A program made the position numbers and the translations under genes. Positions 60,786-64,000 of a stretch of 64,000 bases of DNA are shown here, piece by piece (position 1 is the first letter of the stretch; each line of letters opens with the position of its first letter). The stretch covers positions 62,001-126,000 of the forward strand of contig AP026151.1 of assembly GCA_030295235.1 (NCBI GenBank), given 5' to 3'. The notes beneath the pieces are model-generated. The model did not search any database, had not been told where the DNA came from, and was given only the letters and a program-made list of their open reading frames with translations. This DNA is from Fistulifera solaris. Lineage: Eukaryota.

Positions 60786-62244
60786 GGGGACCTACGGATG
60801 TCCCCACTCATGACGATACGTGATCTGTCCTCCCATCGGTTATTTCTGTCCGTCCCACCGTCCGTACGCGCCAGCAGGACCATGAAACCGTTAACAACAG
60901 TACACAAAAAAGCACTGTTCTATCTTCATAGGTTTACCGCGAGAGTCATTCCAAGTCGGAGAACTCAAATTCTTTCGCATTATCGTATGTGGCAACTTTA
61001 TTAATCGTTCCTTTTCGCGAAAAATATGATGCAACACCCAACTTTCAATTCGACAAACAAAGTTAAGTATGTTTGAAGATCTTTCGATGGATCGCAAGTT
61101 TCGAAAACGACATCACAAAGCGGAAAACAGCGGTGGCAGACGTTCCTTCACGGTCGTTTAGACTGACTCTGGATGATTTATCTACAAAGTCATGTAATTC
61201 TGATCACCGTAAAGTCTAAACAATCACTTTTTCCCTTTCAATTTGGTCCTTTCCCAAGGAAGGACTCGTCGTTTACTAAGATAATTTTATTGAGAAATTA
61301 GCGTTCGTGACCGGACTCGTCCTTTACGTAGGGAAGATGTAGGGAAAATTTATTGAGAAAACCAGCGTTCGTGACCGGACTCGTCCTTTACGAAGGGAAA
61401 ATGTAGGGAAAAGTAATTGAGAAAACTAGCGTTCGTGACCGGACTCGTCCGTTACGAAGGGAAAATGTAGGGAAAATTAATTGAGAAATTAGCGTTCGTG
61501 ACCGGACTCGTCCTTTACGAAGGGTAAATAATGATTAAGGACGTATAAAAATGTAGGGAAAGTTTATTGAGAAAACTAGACTACTTGTACGTACATCGAA
61601 AAATAGTGAGAGAAGTAACTTTCGTTGTTGGATTCCTTAGAGTTTGGTCTCGTTACCGAAGCGAATATTGTTGCAAGCATCTCCTATAACAATTAAATAA
61701 CAATATCACTTTCATGAAGAAACGAGACTAATCCTCATCAACTTATTGCAACGAAATTATGTCGCTATATAAACTATTCTTTATTACCTCGCTCGCCTTG
61801 TTTCGTCGTCGGCAAGCCCGATTTGTTGCGCTTGACTGGGACGGCTTCCTAAAAGTACCAAGATTGATTTGGACTTTGAGATAAAGGCACATCGTAATTT
61901 GCGGTGTAATTAATTGAACGACTGACTACTCTTTTTTCGTTTTCGACGATGACAGAAATTGTGACATCATCTGGTAGCTTCATTGCTGCTTCAATATATG
62001 CTGGAACCGTTGCTTTTGGACTCTGATTAATTCCTTTTCGTGTTGCCCATACCGTCACGTTGGGCGGAGCATTGTCTCCGACTTCGCAAAAAAAAAAAGA
62101 TGTGTGCTATTGCACGGTGTGAAGGGAGAGCCGTTGAGAGGCCGGCTGGCGTGGCCGGCAGGCGTTTGCTTATTCGCTTTCGAGTTACACGTGGAAGTGA
62201 CGTCATGGGGGTATCGTCATGAGTGGGGACATCCGTAGGTCCCC
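60786..62244. mobile_element. Non-autonomous TIR DNA transposon (1459 bp) with 34-bp perfect TIRs and flanking TA
   Basis: 60786-60819 GGGGACCTACGGATGTCCCCACTCATGACGATAC is the exact reverse complement of 62211-62244; TA at 60784-60785 and 62245-62246; no recognisable transposase. Confidence 0.85.
61262..61579. repeat. ~64-bp tandem repeat (4 copies plus partials) inside the TIR element
   Basis: gcgttcgtgaccggactcgtcc at 61301, 61365, 61429 and 61492. Confidence 0.95.
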
Positions 62245-62699
62245 TAAAGTCGTTGCACGGTTGAGTGCTATTTGTTTGAAGAAAAATGAATGAACTCGGT
62301 GCGACGGTCATTCCTACGATGTGACACACACATTGTGGGCGTATGCGAAAAACTTAGACGTGGATACTGAAAGCCCAATGACAACACGAAAGAACACAAC
62401 TACGTACAGTATTTCTATATTTATCAATACCGTTTGACGCTGGATCGCTACTGGAAAATTGAAGTTTGATAAAGAAATAATAGGAAATAGTATCAGGTTT
62501 TTATCGGAAGAGTTTTCGTCACAGTAGACAGTTGTCGTGCGAATTTGTCCGAAGTCCGAAATTTTGAAACTCAACGGTCACAACGGCGCACCTCGGGGAC
62601 AAAAAGAAAAACGAAAAAATATTGCCACCCAAGAAGGAAAACACAACAACAATAGGATTCGAGAGCCTTGCTTTGCTAACAACCACTTCCTCAATCAAC

Positions 62700-64000
62700 A
62701 TGACTTGGTATTCGTTTCTCAGTATATCAATAGCTATAATAGCAGTGAGTTTGCTCGCACCAAGCAGTCTCACTGTGGTCGTTTCAGCACAAGAAGTACA
62801 ACAACCGACCTACGATTGTCGAACCGGCTGTAGTTTGGATGCCAACATCAATGGACCTCCTGTGTGCGGCATCGATCAACTGACTTATTTGAATGAATGT
62901 TTAGCGGTGTGTCAAAACGTGGCGATCGTACATTACGGTCCGTGCAATCAAGATGGTTCGATTTCCGAAAGTGAGCTCTCCACCGATTCAGAGGTAGTTA
63001 CGATGGAGCTCATGACACGATTTATATCACGAGGATATCGTTTCGTGTCGAAAAACACCAGATTTCTGAGTCAGCCGGAGAATATAGAAGAGTCGGTTGT
63101 TGTGAGTGCGGCCGAAAGCGCGAGTGTTGGGGCTGTGGAAGACATTGAGCCGTATTTCGTTTTATTCACTCCCGATGGATATGAATACGCTTATCGTGCC
63201 ACCGACTCGTTGCCTTCGTATCCTGGACCGACACCGTTGTATATGGGAATGCAACAGCTACGGGAACGTAACTTAGCTATCATCGGTGCCGACACGCGAA
63301 CGGCCATCACGAATACTCGAGCCTATCCGTATCGGACGATCGGCGAGGCCGACTTTGGTACGCTCGAAGGCGGCTGCACGTTAACCATGATTTCGCGCAA
63401 TGCAGCAATCACAGCTGGGCACTGTGTTTACAATTTTCAAAACAAAGTTCCTATTCAAATGAAACGCATTGCGCCAGGGAGATATAGAGACAGTTCCGGA
63501 AACACGGTAGAACCCTTTGGTACCTGGGAAGTGGAAACGATGCAAACTTTTGGGCAATTCAAAGCACAGGGAAATATGACATTCGATTTGGCAGTAGTGA
63601 CGTTTGCACCAGAGACACGCGACAACATGCAGAATTGTCCATACGTCTATCCTGGAGATGTCGTTGGGTTCCTTTCATTAGATAGAGCTCAAACCAGCGG
63701 AGGGCGCGTCAGTGATAGTCGACTCGCGTCTTCCACTATTACCGGATACCCTGCAGACTTTCCGAATGGTGTAATGGCAACATCAGGAACGTGCTCCAAA
63801 GGTAGGTCATATTTTCGGGGACGAGTACGTTTAGCTTTGACCGTAATACCGATATCCTCATTCTTCGCATTCTCTCAAGCATGGCATTCTGATCACGAAC
63901 ATTTTGCCTACCATTACTGCGATACGTTTGGTGGGAATTCCGGGTCAGCAGTGATCACGAGTGGAAATGTTGTAATAGGAGAGCACGCGTATGGCTTCTA
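62700..64000 (+). CDS. Kazal + glutamyl-endopeptidase-like S1 serine protease, copy G (3' truncated by the window; absent from the ORF track)
   Basis: Hand translation from ATG 62700: MTWYSFLSISIAII..YDCRTGCSLDANINGPPVCGIDQLTYLNECLAVCQ..RNL-AIIGADTR..TAGHC..DLAV; intron 63802-63879; CDTFGGNSGS..GEHAYG. Confidence 0.9.
   Translation, partial: MTWYSFLSISIAIIAVSLLAPSSLTVVVSAQEVQQPTYDCRTGCSLDANINGPPVCGIDQLTYLNECLAVCQNVAIVHYGPCNQDGSISESELSTDSEVVTMELMTRFISRGYRFVSKNTRFLSQPENIEESVVVSAAESASVGAVEDIEPYFVLFTPDGYEYAYRATDSLPSYPGPTPLYMGMQQLRERNLAIIGADTRTAITNTRAYPYRTIGEADFGTLEGGCTLTMISRNAAITAGHCVYNFQNKVPIQMKRIAPGRYRDSSGNTVEPFGTWEVETMQTFGQFKAQGNMTFDLAVVTFAPETRDNMQNCPYVYPGDVVGFLSLDRAQTSGGRVSDSRLASSTITGYPADFPNGVMATSGTCSKGRSYFRGRVRLALTVIPISSFFAFSQAWHSDHEHFAYHYCDTFGGNSGSAVITSGNVVIGEHAYGF

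Overview
Gene-dense eukaryotic DNA with short GT-AG introns (58-196 nt). A diatom origin is inferred from an ASAFAP-type plastid signal, RXL motifs and a silaffin-like peptide. The left two-thirds holds mostly recognisable genes: an MscS-like channel with EF-hand, two fasciclins, UNC-45, a CBP/p300 acetyltransferase, a catalytically degenerate IGPS homologue, a myosin, two J-domain proteins with a repeated CX2CX6CX2H finger, fucokinase/FKGP, an EST1/SMG7-like protein, two small paralogues and a bacterial-type beta-propeller protein. From 43.9 kb to the right edge lie seven paralogous secreted proteins: signal peptide + Kazal domain + propeptide ending in RXL + Bacillus/V8-like glutamyl-endopeptidase domain + variable tail. 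One copy ends in a Pro-rich stalk and a silaffin-R5-like peptide. This array is the strongest candidate for an undescribed system. Non-coding features include a ~210-bp repeat family (426-bp higher-order array, an apparently related 206-bp array, dispersed inverted monomers and an 82-bp insertion), a ~33-bp minisatellite, and a 1.46-kb element with perfect 34-bp TIRs flanked by TA. About 17 single-base frameshifts, mostly in homopolymers, look like assembly errors. All alignments were made by eye and no database search was run.
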